Below the pieces are notes generated by a model, which had not been told where the DNA came from, searched no databases, and worked only from the letters and a program-made list of their open reading frames with translations. A DNA stretch of 64,000 nt from an uncultured Clostridia bacterium (GTDB taxonomy: Bacteria; Bacillota; Clostridia; Christensenellales; Borkfalkiaceae), in NCBI GenBank assembly GCA_944346885.1, contig CALVMR010000022.1:5924-69923 (forward strand). The letters are read 5' to 3'. Both the position numbers and the translations under genes were made by a program. Positions 16,922 through 25,761 of this stretch are shown one piece after another (positions within the stretch are counted from its first letter, which is position 1; every line of letters begins with the position of its first letter).

Positions 16922-18082
16922 TTAGTCATAGTCGATGACGACGTTTTTCCCCATCTTTTTCAGGTTTGCCGCCAGCGATTCGACGAGCTTCAATTTCATC
17001 GTGATATCGATGGGCAGCCCCTCGTGCGCGGCGTTGACGCTCTGCCCCACAAAAAAGTGCACGTCGCTCGCCTCTTCGAACAGCAGCTGCGCCAACAGCG
17101 AAGCACCGTCCTTTTTGGTAAACGTTTTGGGCGCCAGATCCTTTTCGGAGACATACTTTTCGGAAAGCTCCAACAGCCTGCGCATGGTCAGCACCCCCTC
17201 GGTGGTGAGGTCGATGCCGTCGATATACCCGATGGGCGGCACGTCACGGTCGGGGAAGTCCATCGAAGAGCGCACGTCCGTTTTCAGGTACCGCGCCACG
17301 ATCTGCGAGCTTGTGCCCCCGCACACCGCCTTTTTTCCTTCTCCCGCCAAAAAGCGCTCCACATAAAAATCGTCTCTCGCCTTATCCACGGGCGGACCGA
17401 TCATGATATTGACGTTGAGCTGCTCGCGCACCTTGACGGCGGCAACGGTGGTATCGTCTCCGGGGTCGCCGAGGTACAGATCGTTGCAGGCGCCCGCCAG
17501 CAGGCAGGCGACCGCCCGCGCGCTCATATCCGCACGGACGTTCCGGTTCAAAAAATCGACCACTTCGGGGCGCTGCCAGCCGAGGTTCATAGTCATGCCG
17601 ATGCCCGCATGGATCACACCGTCGCTCATCACGACGACGATATCCCCCGCCTTTAATTTGAGCGGAGAGCGGTACACCGTTTTGCCCAAAATGTGCATCG
17701 CCTCCCGCGGAAGGTCTTGGCATGCCAGATCGCGGATGAGGATCGCCTGCGGGTTATCAAATTCGAACAAGCTCCCCTCCCCCTCGTTGTTGACGTGGAT
17801 GACCGAAAAGGTGGAATACGCCACGCCGCGCACCTTGCAGACGGGCAGTGACTGCACGATGGTTTCGATGCAGTCTTCAATGGAGACCTCGCTGGATACC
17901 ATCGTGCACAGGATCTTGGAGGTGAGCGTGGAGAGAATGTTTGCCTTTACGCCGCTTCCGAGCCCGTCGGCAAGCACCAGCGTGGTATATTCGCCGACAA
18001 CGGTGCTCTCCACACGGTCGCCGCACAATTCCTCGCCGTGCTTGTTGAGGGAGGTGTAGCCGCTTTCCAGCCGCAGCGCCAT
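16922..18082 (-). CDS. PP2C/SpoIIE-family serine phosphatase associated with the sensory hydrogenase
   Basis: GDRVE...LVLADGLGSGVKANILS...VVVMSDGV...GDDTTV are PP2C metal-binding Asp motifs. The start codon directly abuts the HydS stop (18082/18083). Confidence 0.8.
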   Translation of the reverse strand: MALRLESGYTSLNKHGEELCGDRVESTVVGEYTTLVLADGLGSGVKANILSTLTSKILCTMVSSEVSIEDCIETIVQSLPVCKVRGVAYSTFSVIHVNNEGEGSLFEFDNPQAILIRDLACQDLPREAMHILGKTVYRSPLKLKAGDIVVVMSDGVIHAGIGMTMNLGWQRPEVVDFLNRNVRADMSARAVACLLAGACNDLYLGDPGDDTTVAAVKVREQLNVNIMIGPPVDKARDDFYVERFLAGEGKKAVCGGTSSQIVARYLKTDVRSSMDFPDRDVPPIGYIDGIDLTTEGVLTMRRLLELSEKYVSEKDLAPKTFTKKDGASLLAQLLFEEASDVHFFVGQSVNAAHEGLPIDITMKLKLVESLAANLKKMGKNVVIDYD

Positions 18083-19783
18083 TTACTTCTCCTCCCTGCC
18101 GCTTTGCAGCGTCTTTTTCAATTTTAACAGCGCCACCTTGGTTTCGGCGGTGGTTTCGCCGAGCAGCGAGGCGATCTCCTGTGCAACGCGCATCTGCTTT
18201 TCGATCACGCTGTCGGTGGTGGCAAGCGTTTCGCTGCGCACTTTATCCAGCTGTTCCTCCGCCTCCGTTTCCTGCGTAACGTCTTTCATGACGGCGTAAG
18301 TGCCCTTGTTGTCTTTGAGCACGATGACGGTCATTTCGATGTGCCGCGCCGTTTTTTCGACAAAGATCTTTTTGTTGTAAATGTTCTTTTTATCCGCCTG
18401 CGCGAGCACGAAATCCGTCGGGTTGAAAAATTCGAAGATCCCCCTGCCCTTTACGTTGCTCTCCTTGATGCCGAAGATCTCCGCCGCCTTTGCGTTGATC
18501 TCCAAAATGTTGAGGTCGTTATCCAAGAGCACGATGCCGTTGGGGCTGGTGCGGATGATCTCGTACGACATGCTCTCCGCGCGTTCGCGCATGTAGGGCA
18601 CGCACATTTCGATGCTGGCGTACCCGTTGGCGACCGCCCACGCCTTTTCCAAACAAGTATCGTACCCGCACGCGCCGCAGTTGAGCATATCCGCTTCGGT
18701 AAACTTTCCCGTTTTTGCGAGGATCTCGGCGAGCTGGCGCTGCGTCGGCTCAAAATCTTCGGTACGCTTGCGTTCGTGCACGCAGGTAAAATCGATGTTT
18801 TTTGCCGGCTCGTACGGCGCGGAGGCGTTTTTTTGCAGGTCCGCGTTCACATAGCGGCGGATATCCGCGTTCGCGCGCAGCGCGCCCGCCTTTAACGCAA
18901 GCGAGCACGGCCCGTTGACGCAGGCGGAATCGCAGCTGTTCATCTCGATGAACATGCCCGAAAGGCTTTCGATGTTGGCAAGCACTTCCTTGCATTTTTC
19001 CGCGCCGTCTACGGCGACAAATTCGTACCCGTCTATGTAATGCTCGAACGATTTGATGATGCCGCGGCTGATGGGATAATATTTTGCGCGGTTGACGCCG
19101 CCCGCCGCCTCTTGCTGCGGGGCAAAGGCGGAGAGGTCCGTGCCGCGCTCTTCAAAAATGGCGGCGAGGTCTTCAAAGGTGAGCACGCCGTCTACCTGCC
19201 CGCTCTCCGCCCCCTCCCGCTTTTTTGCGATGCAGGGGCCGATGAACACGACTTTCGCCCTCTTGCTGCGGGCACGGATCATTTTGGCGTGCGCCACCAT
19301 GGGCGAATCGACGGGCGCAAGATAGGGCAGCGCCTGCGGATAATACAGCTCGATCATGCGGTTTACGGCGGGGCAGCAGGACGTGATAAAGTTTTTGTAA
19401 CTTCCCCCTTCGAGCAGCTTTTTATACTGCGCGGTCACTTCGCGCGCGCCGACGGAGGTCTCCTCCGCATCCGCGAACCCGATGCTTTTGAGTGCCGCGC
19501 GCATGACCGAAAAATCCTGCAAATTGAAGCTGGATACGAAGGAAGGCGCCACCGAAGCGATCACCTCGCCGCCGCGCAGCAGCTTTTCCACCTCCTCCCG
19601 CTCGCTGTGCACGCTCTTTGCGTTCTGCGGGCAAACTTTGGTGCAGTGCCCGCAGAGGATGCAGCGGTCGTCGATGATCTTTGCGTGGCGGTCCACCACT
19701 TTGATCGCCTTTACGGGGCACTCGCGCAGGCATTTGTAGCAATCCTTGCAGCGTGCGTCCTTAAAATCCAAAAAACCAGCCAT
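18083..19783 (-). CDS. Sensory [FeFe]-hydrogenase-like protein (HydS / HfsB type) with a C-terminal PAS domain
   Basis: Start set at ATG 19783 (MAGFLDFKDARCKDCYKCLRECP). H-domain motifs are TSCCPAV, GPCIAKKRE and the divergent P3 EMNSCDSACVNGP. There is an extra Cys cluster (CGACGYDTC), then a PAS-like region (IVLLDNDLNILEINAKAAEIFG). Confidence 0.8.
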   Translation of the reverse strand: MAGFLDFKDARCKDCYKCLRECPVKAIKVVDRHAKIIDDRCILCGHCTKVCPQNAKSVHSEREEVEKLLRGGEVIASVAPSFVSSFNLQDFSVMRAALKSIGFADAEETSVGAREVTAQYKKLLEGGSYKNFITSCCPAVNRMIELYYPQALPYLAPVDSPMVAHAKMIRARSKRAKVVFIGPCIAKKREGAESGQVDGVLTFEDLAAIFEERGTDLSAFAPQQEAAGGVNRAKYYPISRGIIKSFEHYIDGYEFVAVDGAEKCKEVLANIESLSGMFIEMNSCDSACVNGPCSLALKAGALRANADIRRYVNADLQKNASAPYEPAKNIDFTCVHERKRTEDFEPTQRQLAEILAKTGKFTEADMLNCGACGYDTCLEKAWAVANGYASIEMCVPYMRERAESMSYEIIRTSPNGIVLLDNDLNILEINAKAAEIFGIKESNVKGRGIFEFFNPTDFVLAQADKKNIYNKKIFVEKTARHIEMTVIVLKDNKGTYAVMKDVTQETEAEEQLDKVRSETLATTDSVIEKQMRVAQEIASLLGETTAETKVALLKLKKTLQSGREEK

Positions 19784-20073
19784 AATGACCCCCCGGTAAT
19801 ACCGAAGCCGCCGAACGGCGCTCCCTCTCTTCCCGAACCCCCGCAACGCCTGTGCGCGCTGCGGCATTCGGAGACCTTCTTACAATCCTAAACCGCCTTA
19901 AACCGCGCGCCGAAAGCACGCTTTTTTTGCTGCGCTGCCCGATTTAGCGCATGCTTACGCCTCTTGCGGGAGCAGGGTGCGGCATTTTTATAAAAATGCG
20001 CCCCGAAAACCGCCGCAGCGGGGAATCCCTCCGCGCGCGGCGGCAAATGCCGCCCGCGGGGCTGCCCCCAAAC

Positions 20074-20099
20074 CGCAAAAACCGCAGGCAGCCGCCTGC
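20074..20099 (-). terminator. Short intrinsic terminator after the 2Fe-2S gene
   Basis: In minus sense, GCAGGC-ggct-GCCTGC followed by GGTTTTTG. Confidence 0.4.
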
Positions 20100-20120
20100 C
20101 CGCATTTTTACAAGGCGCCT

Positions 20121-20369
20121 CTATCCTTTTATTTTCGGCAGCACCTGCGTTAAAAACAGCTCTTCGCAGTTCTCCTTGTTGGCGTTGTGCAACAGCACTT
20201 CGTCCGCCTTTAAAGAGACGCCGTTTTGGCAGTTCCCCATGCAAAAACTTGCTTGCAGGTCGATCTTGCCCTCCATCCCGTGTTCGCGGATGAGCCGCTT
20301 CATCTCTTCGATCACGTCATACGATCCGCGCAGATGGCAGGAGCTGCCCACACATACCTTTAAAACCAT
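20121..20369 (-). CDS. Thioredoxin-like [2Fe-2S] ferredoxin (NuoE/HfsA-like small protein)
   Basis: 82 aa with the Cys pattern CVGSSC...(31 aa)...CMGNC (C-x4-C ... C-x3-C). Confidence 0.7.
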   Translation of the reverse strand: MVLKVCVGSSCHLRGSYDVIEEMKRLIREHGMEGKIDLQASFCMGNCQNGVSLKADEVLLHNANKENCEELFLTQVLPKIKG

Positions 20370-20576
20370 GTTTCCCTACCTCGCCTTAATCGATAAAAAA
20401 TTATCGATAGTATTATACTATAAACGGACGCGCGCGTCAATGATTTTGCGCGCCCCTTTTTGCACAGTATACCATACTTTTTTTGCGCTTTCAAGCCCGA
20501 TGCGAAATTTTCCGCGCGCATTTTTCGGCGCATAACAGGCGGAAAGCGGGCGATACTATGCGCGGGAGTGTATGCG

Positions 20577-22127
20577 ATGCATAAAAGAGCGACGCTGTAT
20601 TGGATCATCTTCGGCGTGTGGTCGGCTTGCCTTGCCCTGCTTGCCGCGGGCACGGTGCAGATCTGCCTGCGGGCGCAGGGCACGGGCGGCGCCAAGGACG
20701 CCGCCGCCATCGTTTTGCTTTCGGTCAACGCGCTCATCCTCGGTATCCTGTGGCTGGGCAGCATAAAAGACCTTGTGTTTTCCATCGCCTATGCCGCGAT
20801 GCAGCGGCGGCTGCACGGGCGGTACAAAACGATCAAACGGCGCGCCCTGCCCGCGCGGGCGCCGCGCTTTGTGCTGCTGTACTGCACCTGCAACGACTTC
20901 AACGCCAAGGCGCTTTCCATCAGCTGCAAACAGCGCTACCCGAACTTTCAAACGGTCATCTTGGACGACAGCACCAAGGAAGGCTACCGCCGCGAGATCG
21001 ACGCCTTTGCAAAACAGCGCGGCATCGAAGTGGTGCGCCGCGCAAAGCGGGAGGGATTTAAAGCGGGGAATTTGAACCACTACTTAGCGGGAAGAACGGA
21101 TTACGATTATTTCGTGGTGCTCGACAGCGACGAAGTGATCCCGCCCTCCTTTTTGCGCCGCGCGTACGATTACTTCGCCGCCGACCCGCGCTTCGGCGCG
21201 GTGCAGGCGCGGCACGTGGCAACGGCGGGTAAAAACGTGTTCCAGCGCCTTTTGGGCATGAGCGTGCGCGCCAACGGGAGCACGGCGCAGATCATAAAAA
21301 ACTTTTACGGCGCCAACGCCCTGCTCGGCCACGGCATGGCGATCAGCCGCCCCTGTTTTGAGGCGACAAAGGGGTTCCCCCTCGTTGTGGCGGAAGACAT
21401 TTCCTTTGCGGTAGACATCAAAAACGCGGGATACGAGATCGTATACGCGCCCGATATCCGCTGCGTGGAAGAATTCCCCGTGGACTATGTGGCGCTCAAA
21501 AAACGGCAGTGCAAATGGGTGCAGGGCAACCTCGAATACATGCGCAAATACGACAAAGACATCAACGCCTCGCGCATGCGCTGGTTTGAAAAAACGGATA
21601 TCAAACTTTCGCATTACGCCCTGCCCGTCGTGCCCGTGCTGGGGCTGCTGCTCGTTGCGTGCACGGCGGCGCTCGGCTTTTTGGGGTACCCCGTTGTGCG
21701 CTATTCGCTGCTCGTGTACGCGATGATGCTGCTGTTTTTGTGCTCGCCGCTCATCCCGGACCTCTTTGTATACGGCGCAAGCCGAAACGCCCTGTTGCTA
21801 CTGCCCGCCTTTTTCGTAAACATTGCCACCTACGCCTCGCTGGCGCCCATGATGCTGCGCACCATGGCGCTGGGCGTATTCGGCAAAAAGGCGACCTTTA
21901 CGGTGACGCCGAAAACGGGGCAAAAGTTTTCCTTCGGGCAGATCGTGCGCCATTCTTGGGGCTCGGTGCTCTTCGGGCTGACCATCGGCGCGCTGTGCTA
22001 TTTTGCCTGCGGCAACGTTTTGCCCGTTGCGTTCCTCGGCGGCGGCTGCCTGCTTACGCCGCTGCTCGTTTTGCTCTCCAACTTCACGCTCGAAAGGCGC
22101 CGCGCGCCCCGCCCCGCCAAAGCGTAG
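20577..22127 (+). CDS. Processive family-2 glycosyltransferase (cellulose/chitin/hyaluronan-synthase-like), membrane-integrated
   Basis: Start set at ATG 20577 (MHKRATLYWIIFGV...). Motifs: VILDDST, VVLDSDE (DxD), VAEDISF and RQCKWVQG (Q-x-x-R-W-like). TM helices flank the catalytic domain. Confidence 0.75.
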   Translation: MHKRATLYWIIFGVWSACLALLAAGTVQICLRAQGTGGAKDAAAIVLLSVNALILGILWLGSIKDLVFSIAYAAMQRRLHGRYKTIKRRALPARAPRFVLLYCTCNDFNAKALSISCKQRYPNFQTVILDDSTKEGYRREIDAFAKQRGIEVVRRAKREGFKAGNLNHYLAGRTDYDYFVVLDSDEVIPPSFLRRAYDYFAADPRFGAVQARHVATAGKNVFQRLLGMSVRANGSTAQIIKNFYGANALLGHGMAISRPCFEATKGFPLVVAEDISFAVDIKNAGYEIVYAPDIRCVEEFPVDYVALKKRQCKWVQGNLEYMRKYDKDINASRMRWFEKTDIKLSHYALPVVPVLGLLLVACTAALGFLGYPVVRYSLLVYAMMLLFLCSPLIPDLFVYGASRNALLLLPAFFVNIATYASLAPMMLRTMALGVFGKKATFTVTPKTGQKFSFGQIVRHSWGSVLFGLTIGALCYFACGNVLPVAFLGGGCLLTPLLVLLSNFTLERRRAPRPAKA

Positions 22128-22245
22128 CGCCGTAAAAAAACGGAGGGCGGCAGGCAATGCACCAAAAGAGCCTCCGCCCGAAAAACAGACGGCTATGAAG
22201 GCGCGCCGCGGGTCTTCCCGCGGCGCGTTCATGCTCTGTATTTTT

Positions 22246-24924
22246 TTATTGCAAACGCGCGCCGCGCCGCACGCGGCGGCGGGCGATGCGCCCGAACAGC
22301 TTTACGAGTTCGTCCAGCGCCACAACGGAGAGCGCCATGCCCACGAGCTTTACCCAATCGAGCGCGGAGAGCGCAACGGTATCGAACAGCGTGCCGCCGA
22401 ACTGCGTGATCACGATCTGCAACGCGAACGCCGCGGCAAAGGCGATGAACATCATCCGGTTTTTGAACAGATGCGGGAAGGCGCTTTCGTTGCCGAGTTC
22501 GCGGCAGTTGAACGCGTTAAAGAGCTGGAACAGAACGAACAGCGTAAAGACGGACGTGTGCACCGCCTCTTCGCTCCCTTTCACACCCAAAAAATTCCAA
22601 AGATACTGCGCCAAACAGACCGCGCACATAAACACGCCCGTGACGGCGATGCGCGCCAGCATGCGTTTTGACACGATGCTCTCGCTCCTTGCGGTGGGTT
22701 TGCGCTTCATCAAGCCGTCGCGGATGGGTTCCAGCCCCAGCGTAAGGGCGGGCGGGCCGTCCATGATGATGTTGATCCACAAGAGGTCCAGCGCGGAAAA
22801 AGGAGGCTCGACCCCCTCGGCAAACAGCCCGATCACCGTACACAGGAGCACGAGCAGCACAGACGCCACGTTGACGGTGAGCTGGAATTGGATGAACCGC
22901 TTAAAATTTTCGTAAATGCCCCTGCCCCATTTGACGGAGGTGACGATGGTGGAAAAGGAATCGTTCAAAAGCACGATCTCCGCCGCCTCTTTGGAGACCT
23001 CCGTGCCCGAAATGCCCATGGCGATGCCGACGTCCGCGTTTTTGAGGGCGGGCGCGTCGTTGATGCCGTCTCCGGTGACGGCGACGACGTTCCCCTCCGC
23101 TTTCAGCTGCTTTACGACGCGCATTTTCAAAAGCGGGGTGGAGCGGGCGATGACGCGGATACGGGGCAAAAGCCCCGCAAACTCCTCGTCGGAGAGCGCT
23201 TCTAGATACGACGCCTCCACGGCGATGTGCTCGCCGTCTAAAATGCCGAGCTCTTCGGCAATGGCGGTGGCGGTGACGATGTTATCCCCCGTGAGCATTT
23301 TGATCTCGATGCCGGCGGTGCGGCACTGCTGCACCGCGCCGTACACCTCGGCGCGCAGCGGGTCTGCAATGCCCGCAAACCCGTCAAACCGCATGCCCTC
23401 CTCCGCCTCTTCGCGGCTTGCGGGCAGGGCGGCGACGCGCTTGTGCGCAAACGCCAGCACGCGGCGGGCGCGCTGCTGCAATTTTTCGATCTCCGCCTCC
23501 GCCGCGGCGCGCTCGCCCCCCTCCGCCTTGCACAAAGACAAGATCTTTTCGGGGCTGCCCTTCGTATAAACGATGTAGCCCGCGCCGTCCCGTACGACCG
23601 TCGTCATGTTTTTGAGTTCGGACGAAAAGGGATACAGCGCGGCAACGCGCGCCTCGGCGCGCATGGCGCGGTAATCAGCGCCGCACGCCGCGGCGGCAAC
23701 GAGCAGTGCCCCCTCCGTGGGGTTGCCGACAAAGCGCACGCCGCCCTCTTCTTCGTACAGGTCTGCCGTGCCGTTGAGGCAAAAGTTGCGCAGCATCTCC
23801 CGATCGGAGAGCGAAGAAACTTCGCAAAAGGCGCCGTGTACCCAAACATCGGTGACGGTCATGCGGTTTTCGGTCAACGTGCCCGTCTTATCCGAACAGA
23901 TCACGTTGACGCAGCCGACCGTTTCGCAGGCGACCATCTTTTTGACGAGCGCGTTTTTGCGCGCCATCCTTGCGATGTTGATGGAGAGGGAGATCGCCAT
24001 GATCGTGGGCAGCCCTTCCGGTACGGCGGCGACCATGAGCACGATGCTGCCGATGAACGCTTCGGAGATGCTTTCAAAGGACACGCCGCCCTGCACGAGG
24101 GAAAAGACGAGGCGGATGACAAAGATGAGCGCCGCACACGCCGCGCCGATAACGGTGATGACCTTGCCCAGCCTGCCCATCTTTTCCTGCAAGGGCGTTT
24201 TGCCCTCCCGCTCCGTTTGGATCTCGCGCGCGATCAGCCCGAACTGCGTTTGGTCTCCCACCTCGGTGACGACCATTTTGCCCGTTCCGCCCGTGATGAA
24301 ACAGCCCGAATAGACCATGTTGGCGCGTTCGGCAACGGGCGCTTCGGCAGAAAAAGAAGCGGCGGCGTCCTTTTTGACGGGCGCCGATTCGCCGGTCAGC
24401 GAAGATTCGTCGCTCTGCAAAGCCATGCTCTCGATCAGCCTGCCGTCGGCGGCGACCTTGTTGCCCGTTTCCAAAAAGACGATATCGCCGACAACGAGCT
24501 CGCTTTGCGGCACATACTGCACCACGCCGCCGCGCACGACCTTGATCTCGACCCCTTCTTTGATCTTGTTCAGCTCTTCAAACGCCTTGGCGCTCCTGCC
24601 CTCCATGACGACGGTGAGCACGACGGAGAGCACGATGGCAACGAAGATGCCCGCGCATTCGTACACGTCGAAGGATTCGCCCTGCGTGACGTTGACGACG
24701 TTCACCGCGATGGTGATGAGCCATGCGAAAAACAGAAGCAGGAGCATCGGCTCGGTGGAAGCCTCCCAAACGCGGCGCAAAAGCGACTTCTTTTTTGCCT
24801 GCGTAAAGGCGTTTTTTCCGTAGCGGGCGCGGTTTTCCTCCGCCTGCGCCGCCGTAAGCCCCGCCGCCGCATCGCTGCCGAGTTCGCGGAGCGTTTCCTC
24901 CGCCGTCTTCCTGTAAAATTCCAT
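22246..24924 (-). CDS. P2-type cation-transporting ATPase (Ca2+/Mn2+-type)
   Basis: Start set at ATG 24924 (MEFYRKTAEETLRELGSD). Motifs: TGES, VPEGLP (TM4), CSDKTGTLT (phosphorylation site), TGDN, GDGINDAPAL. Confidence 0.88.
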   Translation of the reverse strand: MEFYRKTAEETLRELGSDAAAGLTAAQAEENRARYGKNAFTQAKKKSLLRRVWEASTEPMLLLLFFAWLITIAVNVVNVTQGESFDVYECAGIFVAIVLSVVLTVVMEGRSAKAFEELNKIKEGVEIKVVRGGVVQYVPQSELVVGDIVFLETGNKVAADGRLIESMALQSDESSLTGESAPVKKDAAASFSAEAPVAERANMVYSGCFITGGTGKMVVTEVGDQTQFGLIAREIQTEREGKTPLQEKMGRLGKVITVIGAACAALIFVIRLVFSLVQGGVSFESISEAFIGSIVLMVAAVPEGLPTIMAISLSINIARMARKNALVKKMVACETVGCVNVICSDKTGTLTENRMTVTDVWVHGAFCEVSSLSDREMLRNFCLNGTADLYEEEGGVRFVGNPTEGALLVAAAACGADYRAMRAEARVAALYPFSSELKNMTTVVRDGAGYIVYTKGSPEKILSLCKAEGGERAAAEAEIEKLQQRARRVLAFAHKRVAALPASREEAEEGMRFDGFAGIADPLRAEVYGAVQQCRTAGIEIKMLTGDNIVTATAIAEELGILDGEHIAVEASYLEALSDEEFAGLLPRIRVIARSTPLLKMRVVKQLKAEGNVVAVTGDGINDAPALKNADVGIAMGISGTEVSKEAAEIVLLNDSFSTIVTSVKWGRGIYENFKRFIQFQLTVNVASVLLVLLCTVIGLFAEGVEPPFSALDLLWINIIMDGPPALTLGLEPIRDGLMKRKPTARSESIVSKRMLARIAVTGVFMCAVCLAQYLWNFLGVKGSEEAVHTSVFTLFVLFQLFNAFNCRELGNESAFPHLFKNRMMFIAFAAAFALQIVITQFGGTLFDTVALSALDWVKLVGMALSVVALDELVKLFGRIARRRVRRGARLQ

Positions 24925-24984
24925 ACCTGCCTCCGTACGCGCCCTAAGCGGCGCGGCGCATTTGCCGAACCGGGCGCGCCGCCG

Positions 24985-25026
24985 CGAAAAATCGCACAAA
25001 AACGCCCCGCGTTTTTACGCGGGGCG
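24985..25026 (-). terminator. Leader terminator (expression platform) upstream of the P-type ATPase
   Basis: In minus sense, CGCCCCGCG-uaaaaa-CGCGGGGCG followed by UUUUUGUGCGAUUUUU. It starts directly after the 3' strand of the putative aptamer P1 and ends about 60 nt before the ATG. Confidence 0.7.
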
Positions 25027-25182
25027 GAAGACCTTTCTAAAAAAGAGACAAGACCACGACACCGCGCGCAAAAAACGCCTGTGCCCGAATCTCATCATTT
25101 CAGACAAGCCTATCCCAAGCGGGACGTGATTGTAGACTTGCCGCGCAGAGAAAAGACCCTGCGCCGACTACTCCTTCCAAGC
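25026..25182 (-). ncRNA. Candidate yybP-ykoY (Mn2+) riboswitch aptamer
   Basis: In minus sense, the 5' end is UUGGAAGGAGUAGUC. A hairpin GCGCAG/CUGCGC follows. Next comes CAAGUCU-[ACAAUCAC]-GUCCC gcuu GGGAU-AGGCUUG (a stem with an asymmetric internal loop). A long hairpin follows, and the 3' end is UUUAGAAAGGUCUUCC. From memory, both ends resemble the conserved GGGGAGUAGC and UUUAGCAAGACCUUUCC elements of the L. lactis yoaB riboswitch. Confidence 0.5.
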
Positions 25183-25207
25183 AGAACTCTGTTTTGTTTA
25201 CCGTTCC

Positions 25208-25236
25208 ATTATAAAAAACAGGGAACGGTTTGTCAA
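25208..25236 (-). promoter_or_regulatory. Consensus sigma-A promoter driving the riboswitch-ATPase transcript
   Basis: In minus sense, TTGACA-17 nt-TATAAT, just downstream of the niaR stop. It implies a leader of about 275 nt. Confidence 0.7.
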
Positions 25237-25253
25237 ACGTTTGGCAGAAAAAA

Positions 25254-25757
25254 TCAATCCGGTTCCACAAAAAAACCGTGTTCGCGCAGCCCGCGCTCGA
25301 TGGCGGCGAGCGCCTCTTCGCTCTCTGCCGATACGGTGTGGTAATGATACCCGCCCGTCACGTTTTTGAGCGGGCGCGAAACGCCCGCCGCGATCTGCGC
25401 CAAAAACGCCTCCGCCTGCGCGCGCGAACGCACGCCCATGGGCGCGGCGATCCTGCCGTATGCCTTGTGCCAAACGAACACATCCTCCACGCAGCCGCCC
25501 GCATCGACGATGAGGAACAGCTCTTCGCGGATCTGCTCGTCGCTGTGGCGCACTTTGAACACCCGCCGCACGCCCGCGCGCTGCGCAACGTACCCGCGGT
25601 TGGTGGAGAGGATGTGCGCGCCCTCCGCGCGCAGGAGCGCGATATCCTGCACGATGACTTGGCGGCTCACCCCCAGTTCGCGCGCGAGCGCCGTTGCCGA
25701 TACGGGCTGCGCGCCGATGCGCTCTTTCAGTTTTTTTCTCCTCTCTTCCCCGTGCAT
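25254..25757 (-). CDS. niaR: Transcriptional repressor NiaR (YrxA/NadR-like, HTH + 3H domain)
   Basis: Start set at ATG 25757 (MHGEERRKKLKERI...). The HTH is SATALARELGVSRQVIVQDIALLRAEG. The 3H-type His-containing C-terminus includes FKVRHSD and GGYHYHTV. It is the last gene of the nad operon. Confidence 0.8.
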   Translation of the reverse strand: MHGEERRKKLKERIGAQPVSATALARELGVSRQVIVQDIALLRAEGAHILSTNRGYVAQRAGVRRVFKVRHSDEQIREELFLIVDAGGCVEDVFVWHKAYGRIAAPMGVRSRAQAEAFLAQIAAGVSRPLKNVTGGYHYHTVSAESEEALAAIERGLREHGFFVEPD

Positions 25758-25761
25758 GCCG

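Noticed and set aside
19784-20073. Missing gene (for example a kinase or small regulator) in the 336-bp gap between the 2Fe-2S gene and hydS
   Set aside because: No ORF with an RBS or sensible composition is present. I found only a short terminator, the AT-rich palindrome reported separately, and GC-rich filler.
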